A stretch of 63,211 bases of DNA, filler included, from Octopus bimaculoides (taxonomy: Eukaryota): assembly GCF_001194135.2 (NCBI RefSeq). It is 8 parts of 8 records of this genome, joined end to end, with 100 filler letters (N's around TTAATTAATTAA, not from the genome) between each part and the next. Parts side by side here need not be neighbours in the genome. Positions count along the whole stretch, not along the records: positions 19,973 to 27,804 come from NC_068994.1; positions 27,905 to 37,560 come from NC_068990.1; 6 more parts are not named here. One strand, written 5' to 3'. Position numbers and translations under genes: made by a program. Below are positions 24,533 to 35,147 of this stretch, piece by piece. The notes beneath the pieces were generated by a model. The model saw only the letters and a program-made list of their open reading frames with translations, searched no databases and was not told the origin of the DNA. Position 1 is the first letter of the stretch. The number at the start of each line of letters is the position of its first letter.

Positions 24533-24610
24533 ATTCTCTTTCTTCCCTTTCCCGAGCGTCCAGTAACACAATATCTGTATCACGTACTCGCGTTGTTGTT
24601 TGTTCTGTCG
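24533..24610 (+). mobile_element. Penelope-like tail fragment without the hammerhead
   Basis: ctttcccgagcgtc...gttgtt is similar to the reverse complement of 4210-4262. Confidence 0.4.
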
Positions 24611-25007
24611 TTTTTTTCTTTTTTGAACCTATGTATGTATGTATGTATGTATGTATGTATAAGAAAATGAGATAAAGGACTAAACGATTATCTTATGAAC
24701 TCCATTAGCTTACAGCCGTTTCTGCAATAAGATACAATGGACATATAGTCGAGTGCCTGAATAAAACTTTATAACGTCATCGGAACCTCGAATATGAAGT
24801 GCATAGGTTGCTATTTCTCGTAGTTTTCACATTTTCTCCATATTAATTGCAGGTATTAACTGTGATGTTTCGGAACCTTTCGTATCAAAGACTTTCCCGA
24901 TTACGGATGTTTCCGAACCAGAAGTGGTCATCTTGGTCAACATGCTCTAAGTTCAATGAATATCAAATTTACTTGAATAACTAAATGAATTATAGATGTC
25001 TATAACA

Positions 25008-25128
25008 TAGGTGCAGACGTGGCTGTGTAGTAAGATGCTTGCTTAGTAACCTCATGTTTCCGGGTTCAGTCCCACTGCGTTTCACCTTGAAGAAGTGTCT
25101 TTTACTATATGACTGAAACAAGTAAAAG
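25008..25128 (+). mobile_element. SINE B with the head joined directly to the tail (internal deletion)
   Basis: Head ...gtgtctttttactat runs straight into atgactgaaacaagtaaaag. Confidence 0.75.
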
Positions 25129-25152
25129 AATATATACGTGTATATACATACA

Positions 25153-26320
25153 CACTAGAAGTGTTCATGAAAAAATTTCCCCGACCCACTTCCGGTTTTT
25201 GCAGGAAACGGAACTTGTACAGTTACAAATTTTCACAAAAGTTTTGATTGTCTTATTGTTTTGAGTGATTTTAATGCAGAATTTTGTGCTGATTCCAAAA
25301 ATATGTTTATTTTTTTTTCTCTACCATCGACCGTTTGCGAGATGTATCGGATTATGCTAAAATACACATATCAGCATACATTACATATCTCCATACATTA
25401 CATATCTTCACACATCATACATACATCATACATCATACATATCATCATACATCATATATCAAACATACTACATCATACATCATGTATGTCATTATATACA
25501 CATATCATCATGCATCTGGCAACTGCCTGTGTAAATAAAAGCTCTAACATTACATGATCACTGGTTGTTGCGTGTCGTAAATGTTGCAGTAAAACATATT
25601 TTTCTACTCTACTAATAAATCATTCATTCCGAAAGTTTATATCTACCTCCATTATTCATATAAAAGTATTGAAAGTTTTAAGTGAAAAGGCAGTGTCGCC
25701 ACCGCCTTTTGCTACACACAACAAACTCAACAGAGATGCCTCAGTACTCTCGTGGCTACCATAGCTAGTGAAAGGAAATGCTGCGCTTTTGTCTCTCATC
25801 CCTCCATCTTTTGTCCGGCGTTCCATCTGGTTTTGGGGCTATACCTGTTTGATCACTGTTTGATCACGAGCACTGTACATTCGTCGATTACATTTCTTTC
25901 TTTTTCAGGTTTTTATTGTAAACATTGAATTTTCCTGACCATGGTTACAAGAGGATGCAGAAATTCACCAGCTATGTTCTGTTATGTGTGTGGCTGCTGT
26001 GTTGGAAGAAAGCATGTAGCATATATAATTGTGAAAGGTGTTAAGTACTTGATTGCTTATACACTGTATTTTGGAATGAGTATGGGTGACCAAAGAAAAC
26101 CATGGACCATTCATGTGATATGTGGAACTTGTAGACCAAATTTAGATGGATTGCTTATAGGTGCAAGAAAAGCAATGCCTTTTGCAGTTCCGAGAGTTTG
26201 GCGAGAGCCAAAAAGTCATCACGATGATTGCTATTTTTACATGGTTGACATATTAAAGTACAGAAGAGATAAGGGAAGGGAAACCCTTCCGTACCCCAGC
26301 ATTCAATCCTCCATTGCACC
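25153..26320 (+). mobile_element. Chapaev (CMC superfamily, Chapaev3-like) transposon left part
   Basis: CAC terminus at 25153. ORF from 25941: MVTRGC..PAMFCYVCG...AY..YFGM..GDQ.KPW..H..C..C...RKAMPFAVPRVWREP..H..DCYF.MVD...YPSI.SSIAP, the N-terminal zinc domain of Chapaev3 transposases. Confidence 0.8.
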
Positions 26321-26792
26321 TTTCTGGCAAAGGGCACCACAATTAATGAGGAATGTTATGCTTCTCTGCTGCAGAAATTGCGGGACGCCATCAAAGCAGA
26401 GGGGTGTGACATGCTTTAGAGGAGGCGGACTCCTTTGGAGTTCGTCTCCTCCAAGACAACGCCCTAGTTCACAACATACATGTTGCCCAAATGAAAGCAC
26501 ACTCCAGCGGCTATGAAACCCTTCCTCGTCCCATTTACTCTCCCGACCTCGCACCATTTGACTTCCACCTCTTTCCAGCCACGAAATCTTTTTTGACGGG
26601 GAAGTACTTTTCGGATGGTGATGAATTTATTTCCGAGGCAAAGTCTTGGCTCCAGGCGCAACCTACCAACTTCTACAGACGACATAAAGCGATGGGAGAA
26701 ATGTGTTACCATTGGTGGTGGCTCTGTAGACAAGGACTAATGATTCTGCCAAGGCTCGTTTTTCTTAGTCCTTGAGAATTTAAGAACTATAT
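26321..26792 (+). mobile_element. Mariner transposase C-terminal fragment and right end
   Basis: FLAKGTTIN..Y..LL..LR.AIK; LLQDNA.VH; YSPDLAPFDFHLFP; KRWEKCV. Confidence 0.9.
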
Positions 26793-26845
26793 TAGTTGGT
26801 AGTTGCTTTTGTAAACAAAAAACAACTACGAACTAATATAGTTCT
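26783..26845. repeat. Inverted repeat with 23-bp arms (1 mismatch)
   Basis: agaactatattagttggtagttg and caactacgaactaatatagttct. Confidence 0.9.
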
Positions 26846-26873
26846 GAAATTTGACAGGAAAAGGCAGGTTAGT

Positions 26874-26944
26874 TCGCTGGTATAATCGGTAACACACTTA
26901 GCCGCGTAAACAAAGGGATGTGGGTTCGAGTCCCACACGTGCGA
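26874..26944 (+). pseudogene. tRNA-like sequence (pseudogene or isolated SINE head)
   Basis: A-box-like tggtataatcgg; perfect T arm tgtggg-ttcgagt-cccaca; partial acceptor tcgc/gcga; T7 run at 26955-26961. Anticodon arm does not fold. Confidence 0.55.
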
Positions 26945-27039
26945 GAAAACCTACTTTTTTTGTGTCGAGGGCTTATATGCCCCATTATTAGATTACATAC
27001 TGGAGCAACGTGAAATGAAGTGTTTTGCTCAATAGCAAC

Positions 27040-27219
27040 CTAAATACTTTTAAATCAGATCCCAACGTTAGATGTTCAAGAACCAAATGAAGGGCAGATT
27101 TTCAATCCTGGGATCATCCTGACTCCAAAAAGTTATAATATGTCTATGTAGAGCAAATTTAGGCTGAAATACAGGGGTCCCAGATGGACAGACAAAATTT
27201 TGCTTTTATTTATATAGAT
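27040..27219 (+). mobile_element. Helentron/HINE-like element 3' part
   Basis: Ends ggacagacaaaattttgcttttatttatatagat. Confidence 0.4.
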
Positions 27220-27221
27220 AT

Positions 27222-27370
27222 TAGGATAGTGCTTCACTTACAATTTCAAGATCATGGTTTCGATTTCCGGACCGGGCGGTGCGTTTTGTTCTTGAGCAAA
27301 ACACTTCATTTCACGTTGCTCCAGTATGTAAATGAGTAACCATGCGACGGACTGGTGCCCCAGCTATTCA
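27222..27370 (+). mobile_element. tRNA-SINE fragment
   Basis: ggtttcgatttccggaccgggcggtgcgttttgttcttgagcaaaacacttcatttcacgttgctccag. Confidence 0.7.
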
Positions 27371-27804
27371 GGAAAAATGTTACCATCTTGGTTATTTATA
27401 CATCACGGAAGCCAGGTTACATTAGTTACATAATATATAAAAACAGTCAAATTTTAAACTGGAAGATATCTCGAGGCTGAGCTACGTCGAAGTTTCAGCT
27501 CAGTAGCCATGATCGCGCATATATGAAGATGCTTGTGTGCGTGCGCGCGCGCGTGCATGCGTGTTTATATGAGATAAACAAAGATAACACCCTTCCTGTT
27601 TATCTCACCGAAATTATCATATGCCAGACTTTACGTGTTCCTAACATAAGGATGTATTAAGCACTCTCATGTTATTCTACAATATTATAAACAAATAAAC
27701 AAGAAACACTCCATCAAATTATTCTAATATACACACACATAAATACATACATACACATATATATATATGTTTATATGTTTATATATATATATATATATAT
27801 ATAT

Positions 27805-27904
27805 NNNNNNNNNNNNNNNNNNNNNNNNNNNNNNNNNNNNNNNNNNNNTTAATTAATTAANNNNNNNNNNNNNNNNNNNNNNNNNNNNNNNNNNNNNNNN
27901 NNNN
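27805..27904. other. Artificial 100-bp scaffold-join gap
   Basis: Linker at 27849-27860. Confidence 0.95.
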
Positions 27905-28220
27905 GTTGGGCTATGACCCTCTCTGTAACTTTCATAACCTGATCTAACAGCTTGATGCCTCTGTAATTATTTGTATCTAAAGCGTCCCCTTTACCTTTGT
28001 AGCAGTTGACTATGATGCTGCTACACCAGTCATAGGGTATGACTCCTTCGTGTATCACCTGGTTCGTAATACGGGTGACTAGGCTATAGCCAACACTGCC
28101 AGATATTTTGAGCATCTCTGCAGTGATTCCTGATGGGCCGGGGGCTTTCCCGGTCTTCATACTCTTAATTGCTTTATCTACCCTGGTACTATCAACTCGG
28201 ATAGCTGGTCCCTCTATTGG
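27905..28220 (-). mobile_element. RTE LINE fragment, start of the RT domain
   Basis: Open minus frame: VDKAIKSMKTGKAPGPSGITAEMLK...IPYDWCSSIIVNCYKGKGDALDTNNYRGIKLLDQVMKVTERVI. Confidence 0.92.
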
Positions 28221-28269
28221 GTCGATATACATTTATTTATTTATTTATTTATTTCCATCAAAACATCTG

Positions 28270-28420
28270 TCAAATGTAAGCATAACAGGTCAGATATTGT
28301 TGTTTGGGATGGACAAGAAAAGATATGTATCATTATAGAGGCCAGCTGCCGTGCTGATGTGAATATCTCTTTGAAAATCAAAGAGAAAGAGGATAATTAT
28401 GGATAAATTGCCAGCTTCTG
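28270..28420 (+). mobile_element. RLE-type LINE endonuclease fragment
   Basis: NRSDIVVWDGQEKICIIIEASCRADVNISLKIKEKEDNYG, a PD-(D/E)xK-like motif. Confidence 0.6.
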
Positions 28421-28514
28421 TATCTGGATTACAAGTTTACACTTATACCAATAATAATTGGAGCACTTAGTTGTATATGTAAATACCTAACTGTCAGTTT
28501 GGTTAAGTTTGACT

Positions 28515-29085
28515 GAGGACTGGCAAGTCAGAAGGCTGCTCCAGATTCCAGTCTGATTTGGTATGGTTTCTACAGCTGGATGCCCTTCCTAACGCCAACC
28601 ACTCCGAGAGTGTAATGGGTGCTTTTACGTGCCACCGGCACGAGGGCCAGTCACGGTACTGGCAACAGCCACACTCAAAAAGGTGTTTTTTACGTGCCAC
28701 CTGCATGGGAGTCAGTCCAGTGGCACTGGCAACGACCTCGCTCGAATGATTTTCTAACGTGCCACCAGCACAAGTGCTAGAAGGCGATGCTGGTAGTGAT
28801 TACACTCAAATGGTGCTACTTACGGGCCACTAGCACGGAAGCTAGACAGCTGTTCTGGCAATGAACACGCTCGGACAGTGCTGTTAGTGCTCCACCGGCG
28901 CAAGTGCCAGTCATCAAATATGGTTCAATTACGATTTCGATTTCACTTGCCCCAACATGTCTTTGCAAGCAAAGTTTAGTGTCCAGTGAAGGAGAGGTTG
29001 GCATGGGTGCCAGTTGTCGGATTCGGTTCGATTTCGATTTCAGATTTCAAATTCACTTGCCTCAACAAGTCTTCGACGAGGTGGT
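28515..29085. mobile_element. RTE-associated element with internal degenerate tandem units
   Basis: ctacagctggatgcccttcctaacgccaacc followed by repeated ttttacgtgccacc units and duplicated atttcacttgcc(c/t)caaca blocks; a related copy lies at 30940-31300. Confidence 0.6.
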
Positions 29086-29107
29086 TTTTCCCTCTTTCTC
29101 AAAGGCT

Positions 29108-29163
29108 GTCATTACATGTGGTTGGTAAGCAAGCTACTTACCACACAGCCACTCCTGTGCCTA
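29108..29163 (-). mobile_element. SINE B head fragment
   Basis: catgtggttggtaagcaagctacttaccacacagccactcctgtgcct. Confidence 0.8.
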
Positions 29164-29229
29164 TATAATAGTGAAAGTATTATATCACATTACAATACAG
29201 ATGTTATTGTTTCACTTTTGACATGCAAT

Positions 29230-29367
29230 ACCAAAACAGTGTAAGAGATAAGAGATTGCTCGCATTAGGCAAGAAGTTGAAGATGTAAAATTTGAATGAA
29301 ATTGGTTGGCTATTTCTCAAGTTTTAGTGGTGCACACATACACACACACACACACACACATTCTCAG

Positions 29368-29385
<18 letters not shown>
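29230..29385 (+). mobile_element. Helentron/HINE-like element, same family as 1-139
   Basis: Shared 25-nt core, (CA)n tract and ttctcagttttttatatata end. Confidence 0.45.
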
Positions 29386-29412
<27 letters not shown>

Positions 29413-30324
29413 TGGGTAGATGAGTGAATCCCAGCTGTTTCCCCTTAAAGCACATCTGCTTTATGTGTGTGTATGTATGCATATGTATATATGTGTGTGT
29501 GTGTAGATATGTGTGTGTAAATACATAAGTACAAGGTACTTAAGTTGGCTAGAATGAGAAATAAAGTTGGTGACAGTTATATAGATTTCTGCTGCCCTGA
29601 GGTTTGTCTTTTATTTCATTTAACTGTCAAAATATCTGCTTGGTTCTGATGACCTTTAATGTCAACTCAAGGTTACAACTTGTTTGTAATTCTTGTACTT
29701 CTCAATGCCAACGTTAACTATAATCTAATTCAAATAAGTGAATTTAAACAATATAGTCATTTGCTCTCTTTACTTCTCATATGCTTGTTCAAGCCACACC
29801 TGATTTTCCTATAATTTTGAATGTTATTTTATAAAGAACCACTTCTCTAACAACATTGGATTCATCATGTTCAGTGTATGAAATCTCACCATTTTGACAT
29901 CTTAGCTGTTTAAAATTTTACCTAAAGATGGTCGATTATATGTTCTGATGTAACTTATGAATACATCAATAAAACTCTACTGAAACAGTTCCAAATTTTA
30001 AATGCCATTTGTGTTCCCTTAATTTATATATATATATAANNNNNNNNNNNNNNNNNNNNNNNNNNNNTATATATATATATATATATATATCAGGGTAAGA
30101 AAAAATTTTAGAAATTTTTACTACCAGTGGCCTAGCATGTAGAAAAATTAGTCAATAGATTATATATTATTCCTATAAATACAGTGTACATTTTAACACA
30201 TAAGAGGTAACCGTCATAGGATACCTGTCACGCTAGAAGGAATAGCCAAAATCCAAACCACTATTAGGGATAAATTTCGAAAATATATATATATATACAT
30301 ATATAAAATAACTTAGTTATCTTA

Positions 30325-30870
30325 GTTTTAACATCATCTCCTTCAAAATAGTCACCTTGTGCTGCAATACGCCAGTCCCAGCATTCCTGCCACTTTTAGA
30401 GTCCAGCCTGGGAGTCATTTTCTGTAAATGAGTCAAAGACCTGCAATTCACTCTGGATCTCAACAACAGTGTTAAAACGGTGACCTTTGAGTTGCATTTT
30501 CATCTTGAGGAAGAAATGGAAGTCTGCAGGTGCTAAATCTGGCAAATAGGGCAGGTGTGGAAGTGATACGACATTGTTCCTGGTGAGAAACTCATGAGTG
30601 AGTACAGCTCAGTGACTGGATGCATGCATTGTCATTGTGAAGAATTCAATACTTCGAGCTCCATGGATCTGGTCGCTATCACTGAATGTCCTCTCTCAGA
30701 TGCTTCCAAATGTCATGGTAGAACTCGTGATTGACAATCTGGCATTGGGGGACAACTTCTCAACGCACAATACTGCAGATGTAAAAAAAACAAAAACAAC
30801 AAGCATGCTCTTGATAGAGCTGCAGCTCTGTCGTGCCTTTTGAAGTGCCCGTGTCAGTTGAAACATTGTG
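30325..30870 (-). mobile_element. Mariner transposase remnant in an MBTPS2 intron or upstream region
   Basis: Minus strand: LPHLPYLPDLAPADFHFFLKMKMQLKGHRF...KWQECWDWRIAAQGDYFEGD. Confidence 0.9.
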
Positions 30871-30939
30871 TATGCTCTATTGCCTCATTGTGTAAGCTTG
30901 CCAAAGCATGCTCAGTGTCTCAAGTGCCAGTAAGGCGAA

Positions 30940-31300
30940 GTGGGAAATGATCGCACTCAAATGGTGCTTTTTACGTGCCACCGGAACGGAAGCGAGACCA
31001 CTGTTCTTGCAGTGATCCCGCTCGAATGGTGCTGTTAGCGCTCCACTGGCACAGGTGCCAGTCATTGAATTTGGTTCATTTTCGATCTCACTTGCCCCAA
31101 CAGGTCTTCGCAAGCTGAGTTTAATGTCCAATGAAGGAAGGTTGGCATGGGTGCCAATCAACGAATTTTTGATTTCACTTGCCTCAACAGGACTTCGCAA
31201 GCAGAGTTTTGTGTCCAAAGAAGGAAAGGTATGCATAAGTGGGCTGGCTACACCCCTGGTAAAGGCCACAGGTTATGGTCTCACTTGTCTTGCCGGGTCT
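30940..31300. mobile_element. Second copy of the RTE-associated tandem-unit element
   Basis: cactcaaatggtgctttttacgtgccaccgg and tcacttgccccaacaggtcttcgcaagc blocks, as at 28515-29085. Confidence 0.6.
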
Positions 31301-31687
31301 TTATACATATATATCATTCCCATTGTGACTAACCATCACACCAATCTATTCTTTTTCACTCCTTTTCTTTCAATACTCCCTCATCCAGTAGTGACTACTC
31401 CATTCCTCTCTCTCTCTCTCTCCTACCACCCTTCAGATGAACTATACTTCCTCATAAATGAGGCTCTGTACCCCTACCTGACTTTTGTGTTACTAGTATT
31501 TAGACCAGTTCTCTATTTCGGGGGGGGGGGGGGTGATCCTCCCTTTCTCTAACTTGCCTCATACATTCTACAATAAGTCGTGGGTGCTACACTTCCTCCT
31601 GTGATTAAGCTATTATAGAATCAGAGTAAATATAGAATTGAGTTAAATATCAACAAACATAATTCTTTTTTTTTTTTTGTCTTGTAG

Positions 31688-31883
31688 AAGTTTGCTTGTC
31701 TACCAGCTAGAACCACAACAGATCGTCCAAGTTGTAAATTTCGAAGTGACTGTTATACTCCAAAAGTAGAGACAACTTGTGTATACCCTGCATTAGATAA
31801 TAAAACCCGACTTCTTCGAATCATTCATGGTCATAAACCACCATTGCTTTTCCTTGGAGATCCTCTAGACCTTCATTATTCCG
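31688..31883 (+). CDS. MBTPS2: MBTPS2 (site-2 protease) internal exon, third from last
   Basis: Poly-T tract and cttgtag acceptor, then a 196-nt open exon KFACLPARTTTDRPSCKFRSDCYTPKVETTCVYPALDNKTRLLRIIHGHKPPLLFLGDPLDLHYS(G), then a gtaatt donor. Resembles the vertebrate S2P segment CLPAR...C...C..P.L...TRL....H....L..G.PL.LHY (recalled). Confidence 0.9.
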
Positions 31884-32630
31884 GTAATTATTGCTTATTC
31901 TTTTTCATCTTTTTTTGATGGTGGTGGTAGTGGTACTACAACAGAGATTTTTTTCTGATACTGATTTTATTTTTTTAAATTTTAATATAGTTTATATATC
32001 GTACTTTACTTTTCAGCTTCTTTTTCTTGTCTTGTTAGATTTGAAACATATTTATTTATAAGCATTTTGCCCGGCATGCTAACGACTCTGCCAGTTTGCT
32101 GCCTTAGAAATTGTGATATTAATTTACTTTTGACTTGATACTTGAACAATTATTTTGACATTGTATTGATAATTATTTTAATGCTCTTTCTTTCACATTT
32201 GAACAGATAAAATGTAAAACTGACCTATGGTGTGTGAATTCTGAAGAGTGAATATCAGTAACTTGATAAATAAATAACAGTAACTTGGTTTCATTCAAGT
32301 CTACTTTGGCAGTTGTGCTTATTTAAAAGTAAATTAATATTTCTGCAATTTAAGGGCAGTAGTGTGGCAAAAATCTCCAAACATTGGATTAAATTTCTTA
32401 TAACAATAAGTCTTATCCCTCTATATTGTGATTTCAAATCTCTCCAGGGTTGACACTGCTTTTTATTTTTTCATAGTCAGTAAATTATCTGGTATGAACT
32501 AGAGGAAAATTCATTTGAGATTATATCTCTTTTCTACAGTTTTATTTTTTAAATAGTATAAAGTTTGTTTTTGTTTTTGTTTTTTCTTTTGTACTAAATG
32601 AAATGTTTCTTTCTTTTTTGTTTTCACTAG

Positions 32631-32706
32631 TTGCTGTCAGCAATTATGTTCCAAACAATTCCTTCATACCCATCAGTTTACCATATATCATTGAAACATT
32701 CTGCAA
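32631..32706 (+). CDS. MBTPS2: MBTPS2 penultimate exon
   Basis: ttttcactag acceptor; 76 nt; phase 1 in and phase 2 out, compatible with both neighbours. Encodes (V)AVSNYVPNNSFIPISLPYIIETFC(K), like vertebrate [26 protein letters not shown]. gtatcc donor. Confidence 0.9.
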
Positions 32707-33419
32707 GTATCCTTTATCAAATAAGTATCATTGATACAAGAATATTGAATGATTCCAGTTATATCACTTACTTTCAATTGGTTTCATCTTATTTTCTCTT
32801 AAGATATACATCTGTGTAAGCTAAAAGATTATATATTTGTCTTTGTTGGCAATGTATGTCAGAAATATGCAGTGTATATCAAAGTTGGGATGTAAACACA
32901 GTACATGTCAAGAGTATTAATTGTACGTACTGTACTCATAAAAGGTTGAACGCTTTGTAGCTAGTGTATGTCCAAATCTAAGGGCTGTACTAGCATTAAA
33001 TGTCAAAGGACAAAGTTTACATTTGTAGTACATATTGGAGGATGACAGCTATACCTTCAGTACATACTGAAATGTAAAAGTTGCACCTACAATGCATATG
33101 AAAATGTGGAGACTGCACTATGTGTCACATTAAGAAGTGGAAGCTACTGCTGCTGCAGTGCATGTCAAAAGGTGAATATAGTGTATCTTGTTGATATTAA
33201 GGAGTGAAGGGTATATCTAAAGTGAATTTGTTTTGTTGATTTTTTCCTTTTACTTTTAGTGTTGAAGCTGTCATGAATTTTTGTGTTAAGTAATGTTGTG
33301 GACACTGGGCAAATGACTATGGCTACAATTTTACAAAGATATTCTATCATTTGACACAGATGATATCCACAGAGTGTATGGATGGGATAAAAAAAAAGCC
33401 ATTGACCCAACCATGAGCA

Positions 33420-34200
33420 AGACAGCACCACTGTAAACTGTAGTAGGCAAGACCATCAAAGACAAGCAAGCAAATAGAAAGATGAGTAGAACATTACTCT
33501 GAACTCTATTTTACAATAAACACCATTTTGGACAGTACACTAGACACAGGGAAATACCTGCAGGTAATAAAGAAACCAATCGCTGAAGAGCTGAATAAAG
33601 CCTCTAACTGTCTTCCTTACTGGAAAAGTATCAGGATTTGATGATGTTCCACCAGAGGCCATCAGGTGTTGAAAAGGTGTCCTGTTGCACCATCTACACA
33701 AACTATTTGAACAAGTGCTGAAAAAGAGGGAACAGAGCCACAGAAAATGAGAGACTTCAGTATTGTCAGCTTGTACGAAAACAAAGGAGATAGAAGTGAT
33801 TGCAACAAGTACAGAGGGATCTCCATGTTGAGCATCATTGGAAAGGTCTTTGTTCATATGGCCTTAAACAGATAACAGAAAATTGCTGGAAAAGTATGTC
33901 TTGGGTCTCAGTGGGGATTCAGGCCAGAGCACTCCATAATTACAAGATAAATGCAAAGAGCAAAGGCAATCAGTCTACATTGCTTTCATTGAACTCCCAA
34001 CCTTGTAAGTAGAGATAGCCTCTTCAACCTTGTAAGTAGAGATGGCCTCTTCAACCTTGTAAGTAGAGATGGCCTCTTCAACCTTGTAAGTAGAGATGGC
34101 CTCTTCTGTATTGTTCTCAATATTGGGTGCCCTCCAAGTTTACTCAGGATTGTTCAGTCATGAGAGACATCATTCACTCTGATGGTTCTTTCTCAGAATG
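33420..34200 (+). mobile_element. RTE-BovB-like LINE RT remnant in the last MBTPS2 intron
   Basis: IVSLYENKGDRSDCNKYRGISMLSIIGKVF...Q.GFRP; NLVSRDGLF...GCPP.LL.IV.S. Confidence 0.88.
33998..34105 (+). repeat. 27-bp tandem repeat, 4 copies, inside the RTE
   Basis: caaccttgtaagtagagatggcctctt; the first copy has one substitution. Confidence 0.97.
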
Positions 34201-34439
34201 GAAACTGCTCAGTCAATTCTGATTGAAGGCATAAACCAAAGTATGTGAAGTACTCATCATTGATATACTGTTTGCATTTGATGTGGTCACTAGCAACACA
34301 TCTTGAGGAGTAATAGCAATGCCTTATAGACAGACTCACAAGAACTGTCTGAAATTCATGCTAACTATCAGTCTAAAGACGACAAAAGTACCTGGATGTT
34401 GAGTACTTCCCTACTTTTGTAACATAGGTATGCTTAAGT

Positions 34440-34545
34440 AATGCTATAGTAGTAGACACTTGCCCAAGGTGCTACACAGTGGGACTGAACCTGGAACCAT
34501 GTGGTTGAGAAGCAAGCTTCTTACCACACAGCCACGCCTGCACCT
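34440..34545 (-). mobile_element. SINE B head
   Basis: gacacttgcccaaggtgctacacagtgggactgaacctggaaccatgtgg...ccacacagcc. Confidence 0.88.
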
Positions 34546-34783
34546 ATTTATTTATTTTTTACTGGTTACTTGTGATGTACCAAATGAATATGTCCTGTGT
34601 AGTTTCCTTTACATAGCTGACCATTAGAGGTATAGGACACAGTTTCCGGTGCTTTTGTTGCAATCTAATCAATAAATGAATCTAAAATGTACAACTTTTG
34701 CTTATCTTCTAACAAGTAAATGGATGTGTGAAAGTAATTTTAAATAAATGTGTTTGCTTCCTTAACTAATTGTTTTCTTACAG

Positions 34784-35003
34784 ATACTTGATCTCTTTAT
34801 CTGGTGCTTTGGTTATCATCAATGTGATTCCATGCTATGCCCTTGATGGACAGTGGATATGCCGTGCTTTTATTGAGTTTTGTCTTCGACCAATCATTCC
34901 TAATGTTGAAGTGCGAAACACCATCTATTCTGTCATTCTGATATATGGCACAATAATATTGTTGGCGAATGTCTTCATTGCCATGTGGACTTTGTTTTCA
35001 TGA
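34784..35003 (+). CDS. MBTPS2: MBTPS2 last coding exon (NxxPxxxLDG metal-ligand motif and C-terminal TM helix)
   Basis: ttttcttacag acceptor, then (K)YLISLSGALVIINVIPCYALDGQWICRAFIEFCLRPIIPNVEVRNTIYSVILIYGTIILLANVFIAMWTLFS and TGA at 35001-35003. YLISLSGAL..N..PC.ALDGQWI is the M50 site-2 protease signature. Confidence 0.95.
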
Positions 35004-35141
35004 TACCTATAAGGATCATTTGTGTGGGAGAAGTTTACACTGTAAAGGTTACTTTTATATATGTGTCAGTGATATACCTTGGATATCAAAATAGGATGTA
35101 TAAAAAAAATTATAAAGTAAACTCAAACAATGTTTTATAAA

Positions 35142-35147
35142 AATAAA
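35142..35147 (+). promoter_or_regulatory. Candidate polyadenylation signal for MBTPS2
   Basis: AATAAA about 140 nt after the stop, in AT-rich sequence. Not unique and no transcript support. Confidence 0.25.

Noticed and set aside
25941-26516. 191-aa ORF as a host gene
   Set aside because: The N-terminus is Chapaev transposase and the C-terminus is out-of-frame mariner sequence.
29584-29650. DFCCPEVCLLFH as the missing upstream MBTPS2 exon
   Set aside because: Similarity is weak, there is no polypyrimidine tract, and an in-frame stop comes before any good donor.
12172-34105. 27-bp direct repeats (12172-12233, 33998-34105) as CRISPR-like arrays
   Set aside because: They are head-to-tail with no spacers, in a eukaryotic context with no cas genes.
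34770-34783. MFSYR start of the 77-aa ORF
   Set aside because: This is intronic polypyrimidine tract; the exon begins after the AG at 34783.
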